Part shown: positions 10,701 through 17,510 of the stretch, one piece after another
Layout of the letters: the number at the start of each line of letters is the position of its first letter
How positions within the stretch are numbered: the stretch's first letter is position 1
NCBI GenBank assembly: GCA_944392765.1
Contig: CALXXU010000004.1
Location: 1-64,000, forward strand
Source: an uncultured Anaerobiospirillum sp.
Lineage (GTDB): Bacteria; Pseudomonadota; Gammaproteobacteria; Enterobacterales; Succinivibrionaceae
Length of the DNA stretch: 64,000 nucleotides
Reading direction: 5' to 3'
The notes under the pieces: generated by a model
The model's input: the letters and a program-made list of their open reading frames with translations, nothing else
Database searches by the model: none
Told to the model about the DNA's origin: nothing
Position numbers and translations under genes: made by a program

Positions 10701-11836
10701 CTAACGCCAAGACCGCTGAGCCTAAGGCTGTTGAGGCCAAGGAGACCACTGAGCTGACTCAAGTTGAGCCACCAGCCAACACTGCCCCAACCACCAAGGT
10801 CACCGGCAGCAGCTCCTTCTTAAACGAGGTCGTAACTGCTTCCCACGGTGCTCCTGCTGAGCAGGCTGCTCGTTTAGCAGTTTACGGTGGTGCCGCTCAG
10901 GTTGGTTTAGCCGCCGCTGGCAGCAACTCGGATGTCTTAGAGAGCCGCTTTGGTATTGGTGCTAACGCTCAGAGCCTGAATCTGGCCTCTAACGGTATGG
11001 GTGGCACCTTATGGGTTGCTCCTATCTACAAGAGCCAAGACTCCGATGGCTTTGGTGCTCAAGGCCTCGAGTACGGTGTTGACTTCGACCTCTATGGCGT
11101 CGCCTTAGGCGGTGACTACAAGGTTACGAATGAGATCACCGTAGGTGCGATGTTCAACGTCGGTTCTGGTTCCTTAGACGGCCAAGGCAATGCCGCTGCC
11201 GCTGGTACCTCCAACGACTTTGATTACTTCGGCTTTGCTCTGTACGGTGCTTACCAAGCAGGTGCTCTGACTGTCACCGGCGACTTAAGCTACACCCAGG
11301 TCGACAACGACCTCGAGGGCAGCAACGAGGTTGGTAAGCTGACCGCCTCGAGCGATACCTCGGCTTGGAGCTTAGGTGTTACCGGCCAGTACAAGTTCAG
11401 CTTTGCCGCTGTTGACGTAACGCCACACGCTGGTCTGCGCTTCACCTCGCTTGACCTCGACGACTACAGCTTAGAGGCTGCTGGTTACGGCAATGTCGCT
11501 AACTACGATGGTGATACCTTATCGGTCTTCTCCATCCCAGTAGGCGTAACCTTCGCTAAGACCATCGAAGGCGAGAGCTGGAACGTAACCCCAGCCTTAG
11601 ACCTCCACGTCACCGGCCAGTTTGGAGATGACGAGGCTGAGGGCTCGGTTGCTTGGACCGGCACTAACCTGTCGACCAACGTAAGCTCTGAGATCTTCGA
11701 CAGCTTCACCTATGGTGCAACTGTTGGCATCCAAGCTGAGAGCAACAGCTTCAGCTTCGGTGTGGGCGTAGGCTACACCGGATCGAGCAACGTTGATGAG
11801 TTCAGCGCTCAGGCTAACGCTCGCTTCACCTTCTAG
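4703..11836 (+). CDS. giant type Va (classical) autotransporter adhesin-like protein
   Basis: 2377-aa ORF. The N-terminus ends in a signal-peptide-like AVILTAGLAAGQAQA. The long Gly/Thr/Ser/Asn/Val-rich passenger carries recurring (A/V)SGN.L.(L/I/V)T motifs, consistent with a beta-helix. A Pro/Ala/Thr/Glu linker sits around residue 2000. The ~280-aa C-terminal barrel has alternating aromatic strands and ends ...QANARFTF followed by TAG. True start is uncertain: TTG 4703, GTG 4721, or GTG 4751 preceded by aaggaaa. Confidence 0.9.
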   Translation: MIKLHVQSYTKGNSSKVKQTSSALTFLLAQYRAIFKRAYIKGIASAVILTAGLAAGQAQAVEFYGYTNSIVQGWKDGTNKFIEYDKNNIGDNLNKLHLDNLTGIKDITAISGGAITHYSGGALSNKPNSEDQDLNIQTPSIKYINLMGKTNMVANEEGTLTITSTVDSGSLTLGAGEIALNVERAHSGAVYTGGAVFAGMAMSYSGTTTPSPATVSVTNSNLSVKESFYADDAVIAGYAVHALSGTASVSGNTLNYTSNVVKQAATDKYEGDIGIPSTMLAGGFARSAGGSADAKSNKLFLTGDADSPTVITEKSYFGGGYATLYKLDGGTSKTNNSVEASGNIAQLTNLNYDAESTTGKEAFIFGGMANNQVKAAEANQIKAGVATASNNELTLTDVAITTKATDTSVSIYGGAAINSSLSEGTTGSSTVKASGNKLTIDAKAPKGTEINMASAAVAGKGATIVGGLAKQTSGDTDVTVEASNNTLTIQGNVKLTDVDLYAGRAVNSVTNAKSAGVTTAVDNVLNVTGNAVLKNTSIIAAAVTGVDATSKEDNNKIIHEGNKAIVDSGVVVIATDSKTVNIAGDESEIKGSVWAKTGGTVTVSGIIKEGASAADNKFFTGTGSLTGTLYNEGTVNVHNELDISQGKIYALADKAVIHVDGAKSKFADSDVDPMDEGYATLKTTEQQIKDYLTADSATNITLPVENKGDTPTKVDESSAGMLKVSSGGTVDFGTSVTLSNFNFNDADTAGAIVVQTSNSDAYFKASTINVEHALAKDTTTQSDVSKLTVAKASQVHLVANTLNLGATGLNSSDSADISFADATVKENINFLAATSGEDTGTGDINTGYHLTTKVIGSNFMKTNDQNSKLEYYTALDGNVNGQVKIVSGGSLEIVDGHWTAHDQITVASGGSLVVGGTSKADPLTNGNNSLPDATLTTSGVVLDVSVATSAGSEATITADGTGHVSDWDGQGDNRDVILDLTSGLTMQGAVVGDTETIAGKATIEATKDGVVRLNATDVNTILGQNHRNGVDSGNGAFLSASSNGVLQVDGEVNAAFRDFDGDSGTNGFNLADTGILEATTLNVENANKEPAAGSSYQEDADYIASSAPIEFVGKVRADDVLLNDLQLTVKSGGTTSYASQVKVGSGTLEVAKSLSSVNDTVVFGNASGAAHLVLTSDVVGDEGTVDVNTLRVDSGSICVKNGEWTAQNITLSGADTSLTVGGDPHTDINDNETEASLTFNHLAMGEGSTFAVQADGKATVTTADFSALNDTGAVSVAGELTIIGANVSDDATNGVHFSDTAGSISIKNNGLLRFDNLATNGAILADGDYSGTTINLQDGYTRIDNNGGELYLNFDSGSSFDDEAIIAFKNALFTAGSFAADGMLKDGGILNIGAASFEGFNITERLEGTGLDGYTATWEQVKGFSNIYGNDVTNDVKNITNIRAIGLIDTVKGSWGSLSMVSGVATGAQVNLDGNTWLNYATGNNGFFISNHDHSAALGAKVASQKSLFLVNGGAIGHITLENGSADVERNYTTLDIADGDTTIESITASNNNASTDTYATRVNVRSNTTVTGEDGIRDVGEVNVLNGATLTSTQADIQELWVEESTADISGTLTVNGDGTAEGDGEALALGGQIKAGSIVLEDGSELNAAHGGTITTKSVTVANNSAGSTIQVGFDIDTITDIISEEHENSYYTGTGYLEVSDYLDLNGARLVVDPAYDEATSVAAVMNFKNGQDKNYDKVFNDAGIVNGSVLVGKNAALGIGASLAETREAIATYQTNGALDANKYGSILYLNGQLTLDGDSEIALNSDANVKTLDGIRDSLKYTITSQVQDQYADLGLGKNTAILMTEAAFENEKGEKTGVAISFDRTNAVVNGQGGDIVLVGAFDASQTLNFFKDKDGEGHEGAYIAGQDIKVYTQNGFLYTTLKAGTEDGYGKVLHVDTDRAFQVMSEASDPVVNTLISYHEDRLPADSTSGNDAGNDSGDDTVAWTEIQTPSAANAKTAEPKAVEAKETTELTQVEPPANTAPTTKVTGSSSFLNEVVTASHGAPAEQAARLAVYGGAAQVGLAAAGSNSDVLESRFGIGANAQSLNLASNGMGGTLWVAPIYKSQDSDGFGAQGLEYGVDFDLYGVALGGDYKVTNEITVGAMFNVGSGSLDGQGNAAAAGTSNDFDYFGFALYGAYQAGALTVTGDLSYTQVDNDLEGSNEVGKLTASSDTSAWSLGVTGQYKFSFAAVDVTPHAGLRFTSLDLDDYSLEAAGYGNVANYDGDTLSVFSIPVGVTFAKTIEGESWNVTPALDLHVTGQFGDDEAEGSVAWTGTNLSTNVSSEIFDSFTYGATVGIQAESNSFSFGVGVGYTGSSNVDEFSAQANARFTF

Positions 11837-11912
11837 TCACAGGGCAGCTTAAGCTGCACTAAGGCCCAAAAGGCCAAATAACCGCCGTCAGGCCGCGCCT
11901 GGCGGCCCCATA

Positions 11913-11937
11913 GGGCGCACCTTTGATGCGCCCTTTT
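11913..11937 (+). terminator. rho-independent terminator after the autotransporter gene
   Basis: Hairpin gggcgca-cctttga-tgcgccc followed by tttt. Confidence 0.6.
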
Positions 11938-11957
11938 ACCAACTTTAAAAAGACAAA

Positions 11958-12815
11958 ATGATGTATCACAACCTTGGAAATAGTGTTGTCTTAACGAATT
12001 GGGAACATCATGATAGCGTTTTAACCTCTATCTTCCCATTTGCCAAAGAAGAAGAGCTTAAACACACCAGTGGCGCTCTTGAGCCACAGCTCTGGCGTGA
12101 GGTTCCTTATGGCTTTGCCCACCGCCTCCCCGAGCAAGAGACCATCAAAATTAAGTTTTATGCCAAAAACATCAATGCCTCAGATAAGCTCATAGAACAA
12201 ATAACCCCACAGGCGGCAGAGTTTGCTCACGCTCAGGCCTATAAATTGATGTGCGACGAGCTGACCAAAGGCCTCAAAAACGAGAAGTTGACTAAGATTG
12301 CTCCTAAGGAGCTGCAATCTACCGACTCCGATCTGGCCTCTAATAGCGCCGCCCGCCTTGCCCGTACCTGGCAGGAAAAGATTGAGCTCTCACCATTGGG
12401 CGCGCAAGCTATCCTCAATGATGTAGTCTGGTCTCTTGAAGAGCTAGGCCGCCAGCTTCATACCAATCCAGGCTATCTAAGCCGTCACCTGACCTTAGCC
12501 GTCCCTACTTCGCATATGCCAAACCTCATGGCTCACACCGGAGTACTCAGCTCTGCCTACGATATGCTTCAGGCCACTTATCCTGACCTCAAGATTGTGG
12601 CTATCTCTGAGTTGGATACAGGCAAGCAAGCATGTGCGCTCTTGGTCTATGCCGATAAGAGCTTTGGCCCAGCAGGCTACTTTGCGCTCAACCAAGATCC
12701 GTGGTTAGCTGATATTGGTTCCCAAAACAATGCCACCTATTGTCAAGTGACTCTGCCCAGCATCCATTTGGTTCTTACCAAGCCTGAGCAAATCGTGGTC
12801 TTAGAGGACATTTAA
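11958..12815 (+). CDS. hypothetical protein, paralog A of the PEQI-tail family (possible HK97-fold/encapsulin-like C-terminal half)
   Basis: 285-aa ORF with no signal peptide. It shares with 13167..13985 and 14075..14812 the core LTL.VP.SH.P.LMA.TG....A..ML.A..P.L......L......ALL......GPA.Y..L and the tail LVLTKPEQIVVLEDI. Confidence 0.7.
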   Translation: MMYHNLGNSVVLTNWEHHDSVLTSIFPFAKEEELKHTSGALEPQLWREVPYGFAHRLPEQETIKIKFYAKNINASDKLIEQITPQAAEFAHAQAYKLMCDELTKGLKNEKLTKIAPKELQSTDSDLASNSAARLARTWQEKIELSPLGAQAILNDVVWSLEELGRQLHTNPGYLSRHLTLAVPTSHMPNLMAHTGVLSSAYDMLQATYPDLKIVAISELDTGKQACALLVYADKSFGPAGYFALNQDPWLADIGSQNNATYCQVTLPSIHLVLTKPEQIVVLEDI

Positions 12816-12838
12816 CCGCACAGACCCGACTAAGTCCT

Positions 12839-13078
12839 TTGCACTCGCCGGTACTAGAAGTAAAGGTGGCAGCGCTAGCCTTGCCGCCTCAAGGCGCCCA
12901 CTGCCGCAAAGCAGCGAGCGCCTTGTTTGAACAAGCAGGATATTTTGTCCTAGAGCGACCACCTTACTTCACCCCAACAGATTTGGCCCGCTCGCCCATA
13001 CCTAACACACTTACGAGCCCTAATCACAAGCTGGTCATCACTAACCCCGAGCAAATCGCGATTTTAACGGATATCTAA
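12839..13078 (+). pseudogene. 3' remnant of a fourth PEQI-tail paralog
   Basis: Only the last ~50 codons resemble the family: ...AGYFVLERPPYF...HKLVITNPEQIAILTDI. Its last ~55 nt are almost identical at nucleotide level to the 3' end of 13167..13985. It lacks the N-terminal two thirds and has a TTG start only. Confidence 0.6.
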
Positions 13079-13166
13079 CAGCATCTGGCGCATGAGAACG
13101 GCGACAGCTCACCTGCCGCACAAACTAAGTCGCAATTGCTTTAAACATGACTATAAGGAGGCCAAT
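13025..13166 (+). repeat. ~142-nt direct repeat, copy 1 (CDS 3' end + stop + conserved leader with SD)
   Basis: cacaagctggtcatcactaaccccgagcaaatcgcgattttaacggatatctaaca.catctggcgcatgagaacggcgacagctcacctgccgcacaaactaagtcgcaatt.ctttaaacatgactataaggaggcc... is near-identical to 13932..14074. Confidence 0.9.
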
Positions 13167-13985
13167 ATGGCTAACGCTCAAAACGACAAGACGTTAATCA
13201 AGCTGGACCAAATTGACGGTTCATTCACCAAGCTCATTCCACCTACCAAGGCTACTGAAATTTACCTTGATAACCTGCAGCATCTGATGCGTCACGAACT
13301 GACAAGCGACGGCTGCTCCTACCAACAAATCATTGCTGATGTCATCTGCCCAAACAGGGTGAATTTGGCTAAGGCCAATGAGTTAGCTTGCAAAATTGCA
13401 AGCTCCAAGTTAGACCACGCCTTAGAGACAGAGCTTCCGGCTTGCATTAATGTAATGTTGAATGAGGGCAAAATAACCTCCATTTCAACTGAGTCCGTAG
13501 AGCCAGAGCCACCTTATTCAGGCCCGCTAGTCGTCTCAGCCTGGGCCGACAAAGCACAAGTTTTACCTAATGGTAGCACCGCTATCTTTAACGATCTAAC
13601 TATCCTTAACGCGCAGCTGCGCAGTCAGATGCAAGAGAGCACAAGTTACCACGGCAACAAGCTCACTTTAATCGTGCCAGACTCTCACGTGCCGTTTTTG
13701 ATGGCCCAAACAGGCAGCTGCGACTCAGCTCTTGCTATGCTGAAGGCAGCATTGCCAAATCTCGAGCTTTTAACTGTTCCTGCTCTTAAGCGGCAGGAAG
13801 AAGCGTACGCCTTGCTCATCTGTACCAGCCAGGCTTATGGTCCAGCATGCTACTTGAGTTTAGACGGTGAAATTCACTTCAGAGCAATCCCACATATCGA
13901 GCACATTCTTTACAAACTACATATTCCTGCGCACAAGCTGGTTATCACTAACCCCGAGCAAATCGCGGTTTTAACGGGTATCTAA
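13167..13985 (+). CDS. hypothetical protein, paralog B of the PEQI-tail family
   Basis: ATG 13167 (residue 26 of track ORF 13092..13985) is preceded by taaggagg. This is the same position as the start of paralog C behind the duplicated leader. C-terminus is HKLVITNPEQIAVLTGI. Confidence 0.75.
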   Translation: MANAQNDKTLIKLDQIDGSFTKLIPPTKATEIYLDNLQHLMRHELTSDGCSYQQIIADVICPNRVNLAKANELACKIASSKLDHALETELPACINVMLNEGKITSISTESVEPEPPYSGPLVVSAWADKAQVLPNGSTAIFNDLTILNAQLRSQMQESTSYHGNKLTLIVPDSHVPFLMAQTGSCDSALAMLKAALPNLELLTVPALKRQEEAYALLICTSQAYGPACYLSLDGEIHFRAIPHIEHILYKLHIPAHKLVITNPEQIAVLTGI

Positions 13986-14074
13986 CAAAATCTGGCGCGT
14001 GAGAACGGCGACAGCTCACCCGCCGCACAAACTAAGTCGCAATTTCCTTAAACATTGACTATAAGGAGGCCTAA
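13932..14074 (+). repeat. ~143-nt direct repeat, copy 2
   Basis: See copy 1. It spans the last ~18 codons of paralog B, the stop, and the leader/SD of paralog C. Confidence 0.9.
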
Positions 14075-14812
14075 ATGGCTCAATCGCCTGTCAGAGAAAT
14101 TGAAGTCAAGCCAACTCCTACTGAAGCCTGGACCATGCGCTTTAGAGTAACAACCAAGAATCCGGACATGCCTTTACCGCCTGTACCAAGCAATCATATC
14201 TTTAGATTTGGTAACAAGGGTTGGACTCTTGATCAAGTCCTAACAAAAGCTCAAGAGTTTGTTGGCAATTGGTTCCAGCAAGAATTGTTAGCCAATCTCA
14301 GCTCATACATCAAAGACCAAGTAACAGGCAAAGAACCACTTGGTTTTACCTTAGTTGAGGCTGCTAAAGTTCCTGGGGAGCAAAACCAACAATCCGCTAG
14401 CTGGAAAGCTAAGGGCTCTGGTTATATCAGCCAGGACGTTGAGGCTGCAGTTGCAGCGCTAGGCAAAAGTATGGGGGTCGAGCCAAGCAGCATGCGCACG
14501 CGCAGTATGACCTTGTTATACCCTCTAAGCTACAATGGGCTAATGTATAAAGTCCAAAAGCAAATTGAACACAGCCTTCCGAAGCTCGAGCTCAAAATTA
14601 AGGACGATCTGGTAACAAACAACCATCCATTTGCTCTGCTTCTCTGCAATGATGAGGCTGCCACCAAGATCGGAACCTTTGAGTGCCACGACAAAGTCAA
14701 GCTGTTTCGTGATGATGAGAATCCTGACTTTTCCCCTTTCGTATTGGCATTCCCTTCTTACAGTTTGAACATCTTTGCTCCTGAGCAAATCGCTGTTTTA
14801 ACGGGCATTTAG
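14075..14812 (+). CDS. hypothetical protein, paralog C of the PEQI-tail family
   Basis: 245-aa ORF behind taaggagg. The core SMTLLYPLSYNGLMYK...PFALLLCNDEA... and the tail NIFAPEQIAVLTGI align with paralogs A and B. Stop is TAG where B has TAA. Confidence 0.75.
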   Translation: MAQSPVREIEVKPTPTEAWTMRFRVTTKNPDMPLPPVPSNHIFRFGNKGWTLDQVLTKAQEFVGNWFQQELLANLSSYIKDQVTGKEPLGFTLVEAAKVPGEQNQQSASWKAKGSGYISQDVEAAVAALGKSMGVEPSSMRTRSMTLLYPLSYNGLMYKVQKQIEHSLPKLELKIKDDLVTNNHPFALLLCNDEAATKIGTFECHDKVKLFRDDENPDFSPFVLAFPSYSLNIFAPEQIAVLTGI

Positions 14813-14982
14813 CCTGTGCGCTCCACTGTTAATCTCTGGAGTTGATTATGCCGCTGCTAGGAAGGCGACATTATGGGCACAGGGCCTTGGCCACTGTGCC
14901 TTCCCCTCTAGGGCAGGGAGGCTTGGTACATGCCGCTATGACCTGCTCGGGATAAGGCCGTGAGTCTTATCACCTAACCTAA

Positions 14983-15015
14983 GGCGCTGCCCCTTATGGG
15001 GCGTGCGCCTTTTTG
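14983..15015 (+). terminator. rho-independent terminator closing the paralog array
   Basis: Nested hairpin ggcgc-tgcccc-ttat-ggggcg-tgcgcc followed by ttttt. Confidence 0.6.
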
Positions 15016-15017
15016 CG

Positions 15018-15401
15018 TTATTTGAGCTGCACCGAGCGGCTGGCCTTGAGTCCATCGGCGCGCACCTCAAAGTACCCCGCATCGATCTTAAACGGCTTTA
15101 AGTCATAGAGCGCGTACTCGCCCACGGCCTCGCGCCCGCACACAATCTGGCGGCTGTCCATTTTCTTGACCGCCATGCCGTTGACTGTGGCTATGACCTT
15201 ACGTGGCAGCCCTAAGATGCGCACGCCCACCACACCTTGGGTCACACCCACGATATCCACGGCAACCACGTCATAGCTCTCGCCTTGTTGGCGCGCGTAA
15301 AAGGTCGCACAGTCATTGCGGGGCATGCCGCCGCGCTGCGCTGCTTGTGCGGTCGTGATGCAGGTCAGCCCCAGCAGCAGTGCCATCATCCATCGCATCA
15401 T
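15018..15401 (-). CDS. hypothetical secreted protein
   Basis: 127-aa ORF with a signal-peptide-like N-terminus (MMRWMMALLLGLTCITTAQAAQ). No family recognised. Confidence 0.55.
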   Translation of the reverse strand: MMRWMMALLLGLTCITTAQAAQRGGMPRNDCATFYARQQGESYDVVAVDIVGVTQGVVGVRILGLPRKVIATVNGMAVKKMDSRQIVCGREAVGEYALYDLKPFKIDAGYFEVRADGLKASRSVQLK

Positions 15402-15670
15402 TTGCCTCTACCTCCGCTCTGTTCTGCTTACCTTCTGAGCACTCGCTTTAATGTCATATTTTGGTGCAAGATGGCTCAATTGTGCCCAGCGGCGCATCGC
15501 TTGCTCACTTGTGGGCCATTCTCACCTAAGATTAGCATTTTACGCGGCTGTGCTGCGGGGCTTTTTGCCTTTTGTTAGTTGGGAGCGCTAAGTTTTGTGG
15601 TAACTGGGGCCAGTTAGCGTCCTTTTTCTTATTGGTTTAGTTCCCAGTCATTGTGAAAGGGATCTCTTCA

Positions 15671-16942
15671 ATGGAATTTGCCTCAAAGTGCCTGCACGGT
15701 GGTTACGAGCCTAAGAATGGTGAGCCAGGTGCTCTGCCTATTATCCAAAGCACGACCTTCAAGTACGACAAGACTGCTGATGTCGCTGCCCTGTTTGACC
15801 TCAAGGCCGCTGGCTTCTTCTACTCGCGCCTGGCCAACCCAACGGTTGACTACGTCGAAAAGAAGATTGCTGCCTTAGAAGGCGGCGTCGGCGCCATCTG
15901 CACTAGCTCGGGTCAAGCTGCTTGCTTTGTCTCGCTGATGAACCTGTGCCGCGCCGGTGACCACGTAGTTGCTTGCTCTAACCTCTATGGTGGCACCATC
16001 AACCTTCTGGCTGTGACCATGAAGCGCTTTGGCGTTGAGATCACCTTCGTTGACCAGCGTTTACCTAACTCTGAGCTGGTTAAGTACTTCCGCCCTAACA
16101 CTAAGGCCGTCTTCGGTGAGACTATCACCAACCCATCGACCGACGTCTTAGATATCGCCCGTATCGCTGATCTCGCCCACAGCCAAGGTGTACCTTTAAT
16201 CGTGGATAACACCTTTGCTACCCCTTATCTGTGCCGTCCAATCGAGTTCGGTGCTGATATCGTCATGCACTCCACCACCAAGTATATCGATGGCCACGCC
16301 TTAGGCGTCGGTGGTGTCATCGTCGACTCGGGTAAGTTCGATTGGGCCGCTCATAAGGACAAGTTCCCTGAGTTCAGCGAGCCAGATGAGTCCTACCACG
16401 GCTGCGTTTACACTGAGGCTTTTGGCAACGCTGCCTATATCGTTAAGGCCCGTGCCCAGTTAATCCGCGACTTAGGCTGCCTGCAAAGCCCACAGAATGC
16501 CTTCTACATCAACTTAGGCCTTGAGACCTTACCTCTGCGTATGCAGCAGTACTGCAAGAACGCTCAGGTGGTCGCCGAGTTCTTAGCCAAGCACGAAAAG
16601 GTCGCTCAGGTTGCCTACCCAGGCCTGCCAGGCAGCCATGACCACGAGCTGGCCCAGAAGTACCTGCCAAATGGTTGCTCGGGCGTAATCGCCTTCGTCT
16701 TAAAGGGTGGCCGTGAGGCTGGTGTCCGCTTCATCGACAGCCTCAAGATGATCAGCCTTGAGGTCCACGTAGCAGACATCAAGTCCTGCGTCCTGCACCC
16801 AGCTAGCTCGACCCACCGTCAGCTCACCGATGAGCAGTTAGCCGCTGCTGGTATCGATGCTGGTTCGATCCGCCTGTCGGTTGGCCTTGAGGATGTTAAG
16901 GACACCTTAGCTGACCTCGAGCAAGCTTTAGCTCAGGCCTAA
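15671..16942 (+). CDS. metY: O-acetylhomoserine sulfhydrylase (PLP-dependent Cys/Met metabolism family), copy 1
   Basis: MEFASKCLHGGYEP..., SRLANPT, the PLP-lysine context HSTTKYIDGH, and RLSVGLEDV. The start is set at the ATG homologous to the copy 2 start (residue 7 of the track ORF). Confidence 0.88.
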   Translation: MEFASKCLHGGYEPKNGEPGALPIIQSTTFKYDKTADVAALFDLKAAGFFYSRLANPTVDYVEKKIAALEGGVGAICTSSGQAACFVSLMNLCRAGDHVVACSNLYGGTINLLAVTMKRFGVEITFVDQRLPNSELVKYFRPNTKAVFGETITNPSTDVLDIARIADLAHSQGVPLIVDNTFATPYLCRPIEFGADIVMHSTTKYIDGHALGVGGVIVDSGKFDWAAHKDKFPEFSEPDESYHGCVYTEAFGNAAYIVKARAQLIRDLGCLQSPQNAFYINLGLETLPLRMQQYCKNAQVVAEFLAKHEKVAQVAYPGLPGSHDHELAQKYLPNGCSGVIAFVLKGGREAGVRFIDSLKMISLEVHVADIKSCVLHPASSTHRQLTDEQLAAAGIDAGSIRLSVGLEDVKDTLADLEQALAQA

Positions 16943-17300
16943 TCTCGCTTGAGCTTGGGCCGAGCTTGAGCTCAGAACAAGCACAGCTTGTGCTCAAACT
17001 TAATGCGGAGCTTAGACCAAGCTCGACTTGAGCTCAAACATAAGCCGGTTGTGCTGAGGCCAGCCCAGCTTGAGCTTTGGTCTATCCGGTTCGAGCTGAG
17101 GTCTAAACTTGCTTGAGCTCAGGTTTAAGTCAGCTTTAGCTCAGGGCTTAAACCGACTTGAGATCAGGCTTAAATTGGTTTGGTCTCAAGCCCAATGCTG
17201 GGTTCGTCATAACCCAGCGCCCGCACCCCCAACTATCTCTGGTAGCTGGGGGTGCTTGTTTTTGGGGCAAGCAAAATCGTTATCAGGCCACGTATTTATC
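16943..17300. repeat. GC-rich cryptically repetitive spacer built from cttgagctcag / gcttag-type words
   Basis: gagcttgagctcag, cgacttgagctcaa, cagcttgagcttt, ttcgagctgagg, gcttgagctcagg and cgacttgagatcagg recur every 20-40 bp. There is no ORF. Confidence 0.7.
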
Positions 17301-17510
17301 TAGCCTCGGCGCAAGATTAGGCAAGCGCCCGCCCCTTAGTCCTACTAATCATGAGCGCTCAGGGCAAGAAGTGCACAATGCGCTCAAACTTCGTTTTGGG
17401 GCCTCAGTCCAGCACAGGGCAGGCCTGAGCCAGCGTGGGACAAGGCGTGCAGCGCTTTGGGCAGCCGCTAAGATGGAGCGCTCACAAGCCCAATTCGACG
17501 GAGGATCAAG

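Noticed and set aside
5603-11709. Numerous 60-127-aa antisense ORFs within the autotransporter gene
   Set aside because: They are embedded in a continuous 7.1-kb sense ORF with clear autotransporter features. Antisense frames stay open because of the biased Gly/Thr/Ala/Val codon content.
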